Shown here in pieces: positions 1 to 7,417 of a DNA stretch of 50,488 nt (its first letter is position 1; every line of letters begins with the position of its first letter). This DNA comes from a virus (Duplodnaviria > Caudoviricetes), in IMG/VR virus record IMGVR_UViG_3300023181_000038, positions 1 to 50,488 of that record; one strand, 5' to 3'. A program made the position numbers and the translations under genes. A model generated the notes under the pieces. That model saw only the letters and a program-made list of their open reading frames with translations, had not been told where the DNA came from and made no database searches.

Positions 1-145
1 GATTGGCCTGTGTAATCTTCCGGCAGGCATCCGGCACACTTTCGAAACATTTCCACCATTTCACGCCGCAGGCAAGATTTGTGGTAGGTATCTCCGTGGG
101 CAAGTCTGTGATCAGCCAAATGCAGCAATAGCAACATGTCAGACT
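1..145. repeat. Terminal direct repeat, left copy (circular assembly overlap)
   Basis: Identical to 50344-50488 except position 19 (T versus C at 50362). Confidence 0.97.
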
Positions 146-251
146 GTGAAGTTTCGAGCGGGGCAGTGCCGAAGTTTTCAATGTCCTTAGAGATTTTCGC
201 ATGCGCTTCAATAGCGTCTTCTACTTCTTTAGGTAGCGGTGTTTTATTCAT
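1..251 (-). CDS. Hypothetical protein, 5' part; continues across the junction into 50178-50343
   Basis: ATG at 251 reads MNKTPLPKEVEDAIEAHAK...SQSDMLLLLHLADHRL, in frame with ORF 50178..50480. Confidence 0.85.
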   Translation of the reverse strand, partial: MNKTPLPKEVEDAIEAHAKISKDIENFGTAPLETSQSDMLLLLHLADHRLAHGDTYHKSCLRREMVEMFRKCAGCLPEDYTGQ

Positions 252-268
252 GATTGGTGGGGGTTGAT

Positions 269-643
269 TTATGGTGAATTGCCTTCATTCGGCTTCCCAA
301 ACTTTAGTTCATCTCTCATTGACACAACTAATGCCTGCGCTTTCATTTCCTCTGCTGTCTCTCTGAGAAATTCAATAGCCATTCGGCCTGTGTATTCATG
401 TTTTTCAAAGTAATCGGCAATGCTGTCTAATGACTGCCCTGTGTTTTTGTGCATCATTTCAACCGCATCGTTCCTTGTGTACGTGTTGCCGAAATAGAAG
501 TTCAGCGCCTTCGCGATTATCTCCGCTCCTTCCAAATGGGCAGAAACGGCCACAGTTTTGCCGGTCGTGGAGTCTTTTACCTCTTTCCCGTCCGATACCC
601 AATCACCGCAGATTTTGCGCTCCGGCCTAAATCTATTACTCAT
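269..643 (-). CDS. Hypothetical phage protein
   Basis: 124-aa ORF overlapping the stop of the upstream gene. Confidence 0.75.
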   Translation of the reverse strand: MSNRFRPERKICGDWVSDGKEVKDSTTGKTVAVSAHLEGAEIIAKALNFYFGNTYTRNDAVEMMHKNTGQSLDSIADYFEKHEYTGRMAIEFLRETAEEMKAQALVVSMRDELKFGKPNEGNSP

Positions 644-1094
644 CGGTAGCGGTGTGGGTTGGGGGTGATGGGAGAGGCTGCCAATGCGTTATATCTATGT
701 CGTCTGCGTCAGCTTCATCGCTGTTTATCTTTCCGGCGTCAACATAGAACATCCCGGTGTTGCATTGCGCCCAGCACCATCCTTCGCCGGGATCGCCAAT
801 GAAACGCTCCACAATACAGACGCGAGCAGGATATTGATCATTATATCCCCATACGGTCTGCCCGAAATCAGGCATCCTGTCATTCACGCATATCCACTCT
901 CTTTCTGCCTCCAAAGTCTCAATGCGCTTCCGTAGTGCTGCTGTTTCTTCTTCCAATATGGCGGTGCAGGCGCGGGCGGCGGCTTTATTGTCACATAGAA
1001 GAACATCATGCTCATTACTCCATTCCTGCGTTGAATCAATCGCTCGCTGCATCCGCTCGTAAATGGTATCTGTGGCTTCCTGGGATTCTTTCAT
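636..1094 (-). CDS. DUF551-like protein
   Basis: EWICVNDRMP...ITHWQPLPSPP signature. Confidence 0.85.
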   Translation of the reverse strand: MKESQEATDTIYERMQRAIDSTQEWSNEHDVLLCDNKAAARACTAILEEETAALRKRIETLEAEREWICVNDRMPDFGQTVWGYNDQYPARVCIVERFIGDPGEGWCWAQCNTGMFYVDAGKINSDEADADDIDITHWQPLPSPPTHTATDE

Positions 1095-1096
1095 GG

Positions 1097-1624
1097 CTAT
1101 TCGGTGGGGCTATTTTGTGAGGTTTCAAATTCTTCAAGCGGTTGATAGCATTCATCAATCCTCCCGCGTATTTGTAGGCGGCGAAGGGCGGAGTACATGA
1201 GCGCCATTTCTGCATTCGCATTCTTCTCGTGCTTTATCCATTCCACGCCGCCGTATAAGCCATTCTCAACTTTGCGTTGCGGCTGATGTACAGCGATGGC
1301 TTTCCCTTTCTCGCTGACATAAATGAGGCCCCAACCTTCGGGCAATTCCTCCTTCTTAATAAGACCTGTCGGGCAGCAGTAGTACCGGCGCGTACCCATC
1401 CCTGTGTGCGGCTCCTTTCGGAACTTCTTATGCTTATCGCACAGGAAATCAGACCGGCTAATCTTCACTTCAATCAGAACGGAATGCCCCCATGAGCCGA
1501 AGCCTATAACGTCCGGCTGTTCGCCAGTATTGTTGTTGCTGACGAACTCTTTGAACGCAACGCCGCAGGAGGCATTTTTAAGCACCCAGCGGTGGGCAAT
1601 TTGAACAAGATCTTTGTGTGTCAT
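1097..1624 (-). CDS. MmcB-like PD-(D/E)XK nuclease
   Basis: EQPDVIG...LIEVKISRSDF...RYYCCP...ELPEGWGL; start moved to MTHKDL. Confidence 0.75.
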   Translation of the reverse strand: MTHKDLVQIAHRWVLKNASCGVAFKEFVSNNNTGEQPDVIGFGSWGHSVLIEVKISRSDFLCDKHKKFRKEPHTGMGTRRYYCCPTGLIKKEELPEGWGLIYVSEKGKAIAVHQPQRKVENGLYGGVEWIKHEKNANAEMALMYSALRRLQIRGRIDECYQPLEEFETSQNSPTE

Positions 1625-1626
1625 GG

Positions 1627-2016
1627 CTATGATGGGTTTAGTGGTGGTGGAGATGGGATGGTAAACGGTTGCCAATGTGTCGGACGAATAGCGAAGTCGC
1701 CACTGTCATAGAAATAGCCATCGGTGAAACAGCCAAGACTTACTGACCCGTCAATGAAGCCGACAAATACATTGTCCACGGAAGTCTCAGGCAGCCGATC
1801 CTTCACACTAATCCATCCATTTTCGGCCTCCTTCTCTAAAGAAGATTGACGGCCTGCTATGTAGCCTAAAGCCATTGCAGCCTTATATATTGGCTCTAGA
1901 TATTTCATCTGATATTTAAGATCGCTTGTCGGACAATCTGCAAGCATGTGTGTAAACTCAGACTCCGCCCACTTCGTGGCGGCTTCCTCTATCAGTTCTT
2001 TTGTTGGGTCTTGCAT
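1627..2016 (-). CDS. DUF551-like protein (second paralogue)
   Basis: GWISVKDRLP...PTHWQP. Confidence 0.8.
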   Translation of the reverse strand: MQDPTKELIEEAATKWAESEFTHMLADCPTSDLKYQMKYLEPIYKAAMALGYIAGRQSSLEKEAENGWISVKDRLPETSVDNVFVGFIDGSVSLGCFTDGYFYDSGDFAIRPTHWQPFTIPSPPPLNPS

Positions 2017-2019
2017 GGC

Positions 2020-2391
2020 TTATCTGTTGAAATAGTCTTCGAGTGATTGACTGAGTGCCGCCCATTCAGGGTAGATGCCATACTTAGTGTCCGTCTCTCC
2101 TTCCTCTCCATCGCACATTTGCTCAATGTCATCATCAGTAAGAAATTCGAGATGCGCGGTAAAGAATTGCTTTGCAGCATTGGCAATGCTCTTTGTGTGC
2201 TTCGCCGGCCATTCCGTAGGCTCAGGATTATAGCGATTCACACCGCCATTTGCGTAGAGTATTTCGCGCATCATCTGCACTGCCACTACCTCCCATTCTT
2301 GATCATTCTGCGGCATCCGCTCTTCGTCGGATAAAACTCTTTTCTGTGTCATGTTCTGATGTTCGTGAGCTAACAATCTTTTCTGTGTCAT
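2020..2391 (-). CDS. Hypothetical protein with a duplicated MTQKR N-terminus
   Basis: 123-aa acidic ORF within the operon. Confidence 0.75.
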   Translation of the reverse strand: MTQKRLLAHEHQNMTQKRVLSDEERMPQNDQEWEVVAVQMMREILYANGGVNRYNPEPTEWPAKHTKSIANAAKQFFTAHLEFLTDDDIEQMCDGEEGETDTKYGIYPEWAALSQSLEDYFNR

Positions 2392-2411
2392 GGGTGTTAC
2401 TTCTCTTTTGG

Positions 2412-2795
2412 TTAGGATGAAATGCGGGCGTTGACTTGCTCTATTGTAACAACGCTTGATTCGAGCAGCACGATGAGCCTATCGGCGCGGGCCTCGGCTT
2501 CTGATGCAAAGAGGCCGTAAGCCGCCTCGTTATCATCATTACACCACTCCCAATTTGCGTATTCGCTTAATTCACTGCCACGGCGGATAGTGTATTCCTC
2601 GCTATTAAGCATCTGCCCTAATTCTGCTACTGTAAAAGCGGGCGGGTTAGACAGCCATTCAAATGGCTCAGGCGCGTAATGGCTGATAACTATTCCCCCT
2701 TCCCTTTGGTAAGCAAATAGGCTAAGCGCCGTCACCCCCAATTCTTTCAGGCGTTCGCCCTGTTCTCGTGTACATACTTGCTGCGATGCGTTCAT
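2412..2795 (-). CDS. Conserved-looking hypothetical phage protein
   Basis: QVCTREQGERLKELGV...PAFTVAELGQML...EAEARA pattern. Confidence 0.75.
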   Translation of the reverse strand: MNASQQVCTREQGERLKELGVTALSLFAYQREGGIVISHYAPEPFEWLSNPPAFTVAELGQMLNSEEYTIRRGSELSEYANWEWCNDDNEAAYGLFASEAEARADRLIVLLESSVVTIEQVNARISS

Positions 2796-2831
2796 GATCT
2801 TTTCTTTTAGTTCCCTGTTACAGGGAGAGGG

Positions 2832-3047
2832 TTAGGGGTGGTATAGAACCTTTCTGTCTTTCTGTGCGCCGTTGAAAAAGGAAAGCTCTTTCCCGTTACC
2901 TTGGTAAAATATCTGATAGCGTCCGGCGGCGGTAACGCGAATCCGTGTTACGATGCGTGTGTACGACAGGTTTGGCAAGTCGCAAATGATTACATCTCCT
3001 ACTATTACCTGAGAAGTCATTGGGTTGTTTGAGATTGTGTAAGTCAT
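2832..3047 (-). CDS. Hypothetical protein
   Basis: Start MTYTIS lies downstream of the TACTTTTG promoter element. Confidence 0.65.
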   Translation of the reverse strand: MTYTISNNPMTSQVIVGDVIICDLPNLSYTRIVTRIRVTAAGRYQIFYQGNGKELSFFNGAQKDRKVLYHP

Positions 3048-3083
3048 GGTCGGTTTTTTGTGCCTTCCGGCGATTTGATAGAC

Positions 3084-3155
3084 CAAAAGTAAAGACTTTT
3101 TCTTTACCGCCAAATTATTTGAGAAGAAAATGAAAAGATTTTTTCTTTACCTTCG
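3084..3155. promoter_or_regulatory. Divergent Bacteroidota-type promoters with two palindromic operators
   Basis: TACTTTTG (minus, 3084-3091) and TACCTTCG (plus, 3148-3155); GTAAAGA-N5-TCTTTAC at 3089-3107 and GAAAAGA-N5-TCTTTAC at 3132-3150. Confidence 0.7.
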
Positions 3156-3159
3156 GGCC

Positions 3160-3336
3160 ATGTCAGATTTGGTAATAGAGAACTTCAAGGTGCCGCCGGA
3201 GTACCGGAAGCTGCTCGTTGATATTTGCGATAAAAGAGCCACAGTAAAAAAGGTTAAGAAGGTGGATGTATACATTGATCTATTGGAGAAAGAGGCAAAG
3301 CGTTTGAAAATCCCGCTGCCGGAGAAGAAATCATAG
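3160..3336 (+). CDS. Small DNA-binding regulator (ribbon-helix-helix-like)
   Basis: 58-aa basic protein with a strand-helix-helix pattern; only plus-strand gene in the region; near-leaderless after its promoter. Confidence 0.6.
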   Translation: MSDLVIENFKVPPEYRKLLVDICDKRATVKKVKKVDVYIDLLEKEAKRLKIPLPEKKS

Positions 3337-3349
3337 GGCTTGGGTACGG

Positions 3350-3715
3350 TCAGGAGGTCAGGGTTTCGAGGTCGGTCTTGAAGTTGCGGAAGTTTAGTAC
3401 CGTATAACGCAATATCTTCCATCCCAATACAGCGGCAGCGTTCGTCTTGTCGCAATCGCCGGTGAATCCGGTACAAGACGTGTGGCGACTCTTCGCACTC
3501 ATTATGCCGTCATATTCAACCGCCACGCAAATGTTGTCCGGCAGAAAGATTGCAATGTCGAACCGCCACCGTCTTACCGGATGGAACCTGTATTCAGTGT
3601 CAAAGGGTAGGCCCATGCCTGCCAATACAGTTTTGATGTGCGTAAGGCCAACAGGGTCTTTCTTCTTCACCGGCATCTTGCGGTATTCAGCCGCACTCAT
3701 CACGTCCTTTGCCAT
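3350..3715 (-). CDS. Vsr/DUF559-like PD-(D/E)XK endonuclease
   Basis: EYRFHPVRRWRFD...AVEYDG...RH...D.DK.NAA...GWKILRY. Confidence 0.85.
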   Translation of the reverse strand: MAKDVMSAAEYRKMPVKKKDPVGLTHIKTVLAGMGLPFDTEYRFHPVRRWRFDIAIFLPDNICVAVEYDGIMSAKSRHTSCTGFTGDCDKTNAAAVLGWKILRYTVLNFRNFKTDLETLTS

Positions 3716-4353
3716 CAGTCAACGATCGTTTCAGGCTGTGATTCATGGGCTGCGGACGTTTCAGAGGGTGTAATAGATGGCAACAGTTCTACCGGGACCG
3801 CCGTTCGAATCTTGCCTGCGGACCAACTTATGGGCGGGTGCTTCTCAATTATATTGTTCACCAGTTTCAAGGCAGCAATCAGTTCCTTGTTTGCCACATC
3901 TTCGAAACTTGCATCTTCGGGCAACTCATCGCATTCAATGTCTATTGTGCTGAGGTGGTTTGGCTCACAAATCAGTAGGTCCAGCGTGGTAGGGTCAATG
4001 TCGTTGTCCTCGCAGTATGAAAGCAAATCATCCCAGCTGAAGAAAAACTCATCCCCATCGTGCAGGGTCAACGCGCCTACCTCGTCCCATTGCTCAAATG
4101 GCAACTTTTCGTAAGCCTCTTTTGTGCGTTTGTGTTGGCAATCCTTACAGTAGATGTAGTGACGTTTTGCAATCCCGCCACAGTCGCACTTATGGTGTGT
4201 TGACCCTTCGTATCGCGCCGCCCTTTCGTCCTGCCCAAAGTATCGCCCCGTGCTGCTTACCCATCCCGTAACGGTCTGAATACTTGCCGCTTCGGGACTT
4301 TCAAACATGATAACAGGCTCTTCCTTTTTTTCGTATTTAATGTGATTGTTCAT
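3715..4353 (-). CDS. Hypothetical phage protein with a Cys4 zinc-finger
   Basis: AASIQTVTGWVS...CDCG...YCKDC. Confidence 0.8.
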   Translation of the reverse strand: MNNHIKYEKKEEPVIMFESPEAASIQTVTGWVSSTGRYFGQDERAARYEGSTHHKCDCGGIAKRHYIYCKDCQHKRTKEAYEKLPFEQWDEVGALTLHDGDEFFFSWDDLLSYCEDNDIDPTTLDLLICEPNHLSTIDIECDELPEDASFEDVANKELIAALKLVNNIIEKHPPISWSAGKIRTAVPVELLPSITPSETSAAHESQPETIVD

Positions 4354-4384
4354 AATGGTTATTTTGTGCCGTCATCGGGCGTGG

Positions 4385-4606
4385 TCAAGAGTGTGGGTTA
4401 TGCTTTAGGCTCTGAGCCATTGATTTTATATCGTGATCTGATTTTATTGTTACTCTCGGGGTTGATGGCTGGAATGAAATCGTGTCCCCATCCTTCTTTA
4501 CCAGCTTCCAGGCATTCACTGCATCTTTCACATCTGCCATGCTCGAGCATTGACGCCCGAATAATTGCTTTGAATCGCGGATCAGAGTGAGGACGCCGTT
4601 AATCAT
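4385..4606 (-). CDS. Hypothetical protein
   Basis: ATGA-coupled to the upstream gene. Confidence 0.65.
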   Translation of the reverse strand: MINGVLTLIRDSKQLFGRQCSSMADVKDAVNAWKLVKKDGDTISFQPSTPRVTIKSDHDIKSMAQSLKHNPHS

Positions 4607-5094
4607 GCGTTCAGGCGATTGCGGTAAAGCGAAAAGCCGCGGCTCACAGCTTCGTCGATATTCATGGCTGTGATTTTTTCGTGACAGCTATGGCAGACAG
4701 CTAACCATTTTGTACTGTCCAGCATTAACTCTCCTATGCGGCCTTGTTGATGGTGGCATTCTGTGGCGGCCTCTGTGCACCCTGGCATGTCCGCTTCGCA
4801 CCTGGTATGCGATTCCATCCAAACTTTGCGCAGGGCCAAATAAGCCGCTGTTTTTCGACTGCCCTTCTCCGAGTGCGGAGGTATGGGTTTTCGTGCCTTC
4901 TTGCCCCCTCCCTGTTCGATTGCGGAGGGCTTGCGGGTTGTTGCGTAGGGATCCTTTGGCTTCTGCGTCGATTTGACCTTCTGACGAGAAAGCCAATAGT
5001 GCTTTTGACACAATCCTGCGATCAAGGGCTGCGTCCCCCTGTTTTCTGAACACTCTTTGCAGGGGCCGGTGATGGGGCGAATTATTGTGTTCAT
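4603..5094 (-). CDS. HNH-type endonuclease with N-terminal zinc finger
   Basis: CKEC...LCQKH; CEADMPGC...ECHH...LAVCHSCH. Confidence 0.75.
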   Translation of the reverse strand: MNTIIRPITGPCKECSENRGTQPLIAGLCQKHYWLSRQKVKSTQKPKDPYATTRKPSAIEQGGGKKARKPIPPHSEKGSRKTAAYLALRKVWMESHTRCEADMPGCTEAATECHHQQGRIGELMLDSTKWLAVCHSCHEKITAMNIDEAVSRGFSLYRNRLNA

Positions 5095-5552
5095 GCCGAG
5101 ATCAATTCAGGGTTTTCGTAGATGTTGCCAATTACCTCAATCCGTTCACCCGGACGGGCGAGGGTGCTGAAATTCCGGTAGTCACGTATCAGGTCTGACC
5201 AAATGACGAATGAGCCAAAAACGAACTTCACTTGCTTAATATCGTCCCGGTACGCGCCATCCACCCAGCATTGCGATTTTTCGAATTGGTGAGTATAATT
5301 CTTAAAACTGTCGTAGAAATAAAGTTGAACAACGTCGCCCTCAAACACTGGTTTATTATTTCGATCATGCACCCCCGTACTCTGCAAAAGCGTACAGTCA
5401 GAAACCGGGATAAACTTCATGTCTGGCCCAACTCCGAATTGGACACGAAGACCAAACCAATCATCGTTTGTCTTAAAAAAGTGTTGAACAGGCTGTGCTG
5501 CTGACATGCCGTACTCAGCGTTGAATGCGCGAACTATTATCTCTCTGCTCAT
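5091..5552 (-). CDS. YopX-family protein
   Basis: LLQSTGVHDRN...FEGDVV...EVIGNIYENPEL. Confidence 0.9.
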   Translation of the reverse strand: MSREIIVRAFNAEYGMSAAQPVQHFFKTNDDWFGLRVQFGVGPDMKFIPVSDCTLLQSTGVHDRNNKPVFEGDVVQLYFYDSFKNYTHQFEKSQCWVDGAYRDDIKQVKFVFGSFVIWSDLIRDYRNFSTLARPGERIEVIGNIYENPELISA

Positions 5553-5564
5553 TGTTTCTAATTT

Positions 5565-5840
5565 TTAGTTGTTGATAGGTTTTACTGATTCACTTTCGTA
5601 GCGCCATTGATAGCCGGTGGTGTTGTTTATGCCGTTGATTATTTTGATAAGCGATCCGCGCACCATGCCATTTTTATCCTCCGCTTCTACGCCTGATTCA
5701 TAGCGGGTTTCTATGCCATCCGAATCTGTTCGTATCATCGGCTTCTTTCTCGATGTAGACTTGTAATTGTCCTTTGAGTAATCAGTTGGAGCGGATATGC
5801 ACTCCAATGTGCTGACGTCGAATGTTTGTTGAGTATCCAT
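5565..5840 (-). CDS. Stand-alone NUMOD1-like DNA-binding protein
   Basis: KKPMI...RYESGVEA...G...I...GYQWRY. Confidence 0.65.
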   Translation of the reverse strand: MDTQQTFDVSTLECISAPTDYSKDNYKSTSRKKPMIRTDSDGIETRYESGVEAEDKNGMVRGSLIKIINGINNTTGYQWRYESESVKPINN

Positions 5841-5850
5841 TTGTGGCGTT

Positions 5851-6168
5851 TTATTTGACGGTTTTAACGGTTACGGAATCTGCTTTCACTTCGCGCTTCT
5901 TTGGCGTAAACGCCTGGAAGTCTGATGTGCCGCATTCTGATCTTGAAACCCAGCCGGATAAAAGCATGGCGCAAATAATCACAGGCAAAGCCTTCTTTGC
6001 CTTCTTAATCGCTCCATTGATTGCCGCCTCTGCTATGTTGCGGGCCTTATCTGCACCTCCTATGGCTTCTATGTCCTTTGGAGTGTGGAAGGTTCGAATA
6101 GGTTGGGTTCGGCGAAGTGAAGGGTCAGGCATAGGCTTTCGGCCTCTCTTTGGTTTTGATTGTTCCAT
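5851..6168 (-). CDS. Putative DNA-binding protein with a hydrophobic C-terminal segment
   Basis: AT-hook-like KRGRKP; start moved to MEQSKP. Confidence 0.6.
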   Translation of the reverse strand: MEQSKPKRGRKPMPDPSLRRTQPIRTFHTPKDIEAIGGADKARNIAEAAINGAIKKAKKALPVIICAMLLSGWVSRSECGTSDFQAFTPKKREVKADSVTVKTVK

Positions 6169-6175
6169 TTTTCGT

Positions 6176-6445
6176 TTAGTGATGGAGAGGGTTAGGGGTG
6201 GATGGCGGTTGAGCGCCGTTAAGTATTGCCGCCATTTGTTCATTTGTGATAAAATGGTTTGTGTCAATCGGGAATGGGTCGCTGAAACTTCTGCATACTT
6301 TTTCCATCGCCCTGTCACCGCATGGACATTCGAAAATTATCCTTCGGCAACTGAAGCCTGCGTACTGTGAAGCAATTGGTTTGATGTGGATGTGAATGTG
6401 CGGGAAGGGCTTTAGTCCGAATAGCCGGCGGAGTATCTTTTTCAT
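6176..6445 (-). CDS. Hypothetical protein (possible zinc-binding)
   Basis: FECPCG; coupled to neighbouring genes. Confidence 0.65.
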   Translation of the reverse strand: MKKILRRLFGLKPFPHIHIHIKPIASQYAGFSCRRIIFECPCGDRAMEKVCRSFSDPFPIDTNHFITNEQMAAILNGAQPPSTPNPLHH

Positions 6446-6672
6446 TAGAACACGGCTCCATTGATGGTTACAGAACGTAGCAACACATCCCCGTCTGTCC
6501 GTCGAAACTCGACAGTCACCCTATCACAGCCCTTGTAGGCGGCGTCCTTCGCAACGCGGATAACTTCTTTATAGTAAGCGTCAAAGGCTAATTCAATCCC
6601 AAGATCTGCCGGGATGGATAGCGCCGTCTTTAGGCTACTTTCTGTTCTGATCTTTATATGAAGTGCTGACAT
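6445..6672 (-). CDS. Hypothetical protein
   Basis: TAATG coupling. Confidence 0.7.
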   Translation of the reverse strand: MSALHIKIRTESSLKTALSIPADLGIELAFDAYYKEVIRVAKDAAYKGCDRVTVEFRRTDGDVLLRSVTINGAVF

Positions 6673-6917
6673 TAGCTTTTGAATTCAGGGAGTTTAGAAA
6701 ATTCTTTGTACAGGTCAATCTCTACTACACTCTTGGTCTGCATGTCAACTGCTGTAAGCCAGTCGCATGCGCCACCTTCTCCTATCTCGACATACATAAA
6801 GCCATCCTGTATCATCCCGCCGATTACCATGCGGCTGAAAAACTCGTAGTCGAATGATGCCCACTTGCTGCGGATCATTTCAACTGTCTTGCAGATGGAT
6901 TGCTTTGCTCGTTTCAT
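6672..6917 (-). CDS. Hypothetical protein
   Basis: 81-aa ORF within the operon. Confidence 0.7.
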   Translation of the reverse strand: MKRAKQSICKTVEMIRSKWASFDYEFFSRMVIGGMIQDGFMYVEIGEGGACDWLTAVDMQTKSVVEIDLYKEFSKLPEFKS

Positions 6918-6983
6918 GGCTTCGTGCGTTTGAGATTCAAAGATAGCATCAATCTTTTTGTTCTGACAAATTATCTGTCACAT

Positions 6984-7193
6984 TTAATTGGAAATATACG
7001 TTTGATACCTCCGCAACATGATCTGGCTGTAACAGTGATCTATCCGCTCGAATATTAAACGCCATTCTAAGTATTGGTGATAGCTGTTGTAATCCTCCCG
7101 CGTAATGCCGGTTACGATCTTGCCGTCTACCATTTTTGCGGCCTTTGGAGTAAGGAAGTGGCGAAGGTTTATTTGAATGGTGGCGTTTGTCAT
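6984..7193 (-). CDS. Hypothetical protein
   Basis: ATGA-coupled. Confidence 0.65.
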   Translation of the reverse strand: MTNATIQINLRHFLTPKAAKMVDGKIVTGITREDYNSYHQYLEWRLIFERIDHCYSQIMLRRYQTYISN

Positions 7194-7417
7194 ATGGCTG
7201 GGTTGTTTTGCATTTGACCTTCACGATTGATGCAATACTTGGCAAATTCATCAGTAGAAATGCCTTCCTTTTGCAGTTTTCCGACGACATTCTTTGCGGC
7301 AAATCGAAATGCTTCGTCTGCCTTTTGAAACTCAACAGCGGCTTTGTATTGGTACTGGAAGAGCATTTCTATTTTCTCTTCTCTCGTTAGTTCTTTGTCA
7401 GTCTTTCCAGAAGTCAT
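7190..7417 (-). CDS. Hypothetical protein
   Basis: Overlaps the end of the helicase gene. Confidence 0.65.
   Translation of the reverse strand: MTSGKTDKELTREEKIEMLFQYQYKAAVEFQKADEAFRFAAKNVVGKLQKEGISTDEFAKYCINREGQMQNNPAI

Noticed and set aside
1-145. Biological fixed terminal repeat (T7-like)
   Set aside because: The repeat falls mid-gene, and the portal/terminase type is more consistent with circular permutation; an assembly overlap is simpler
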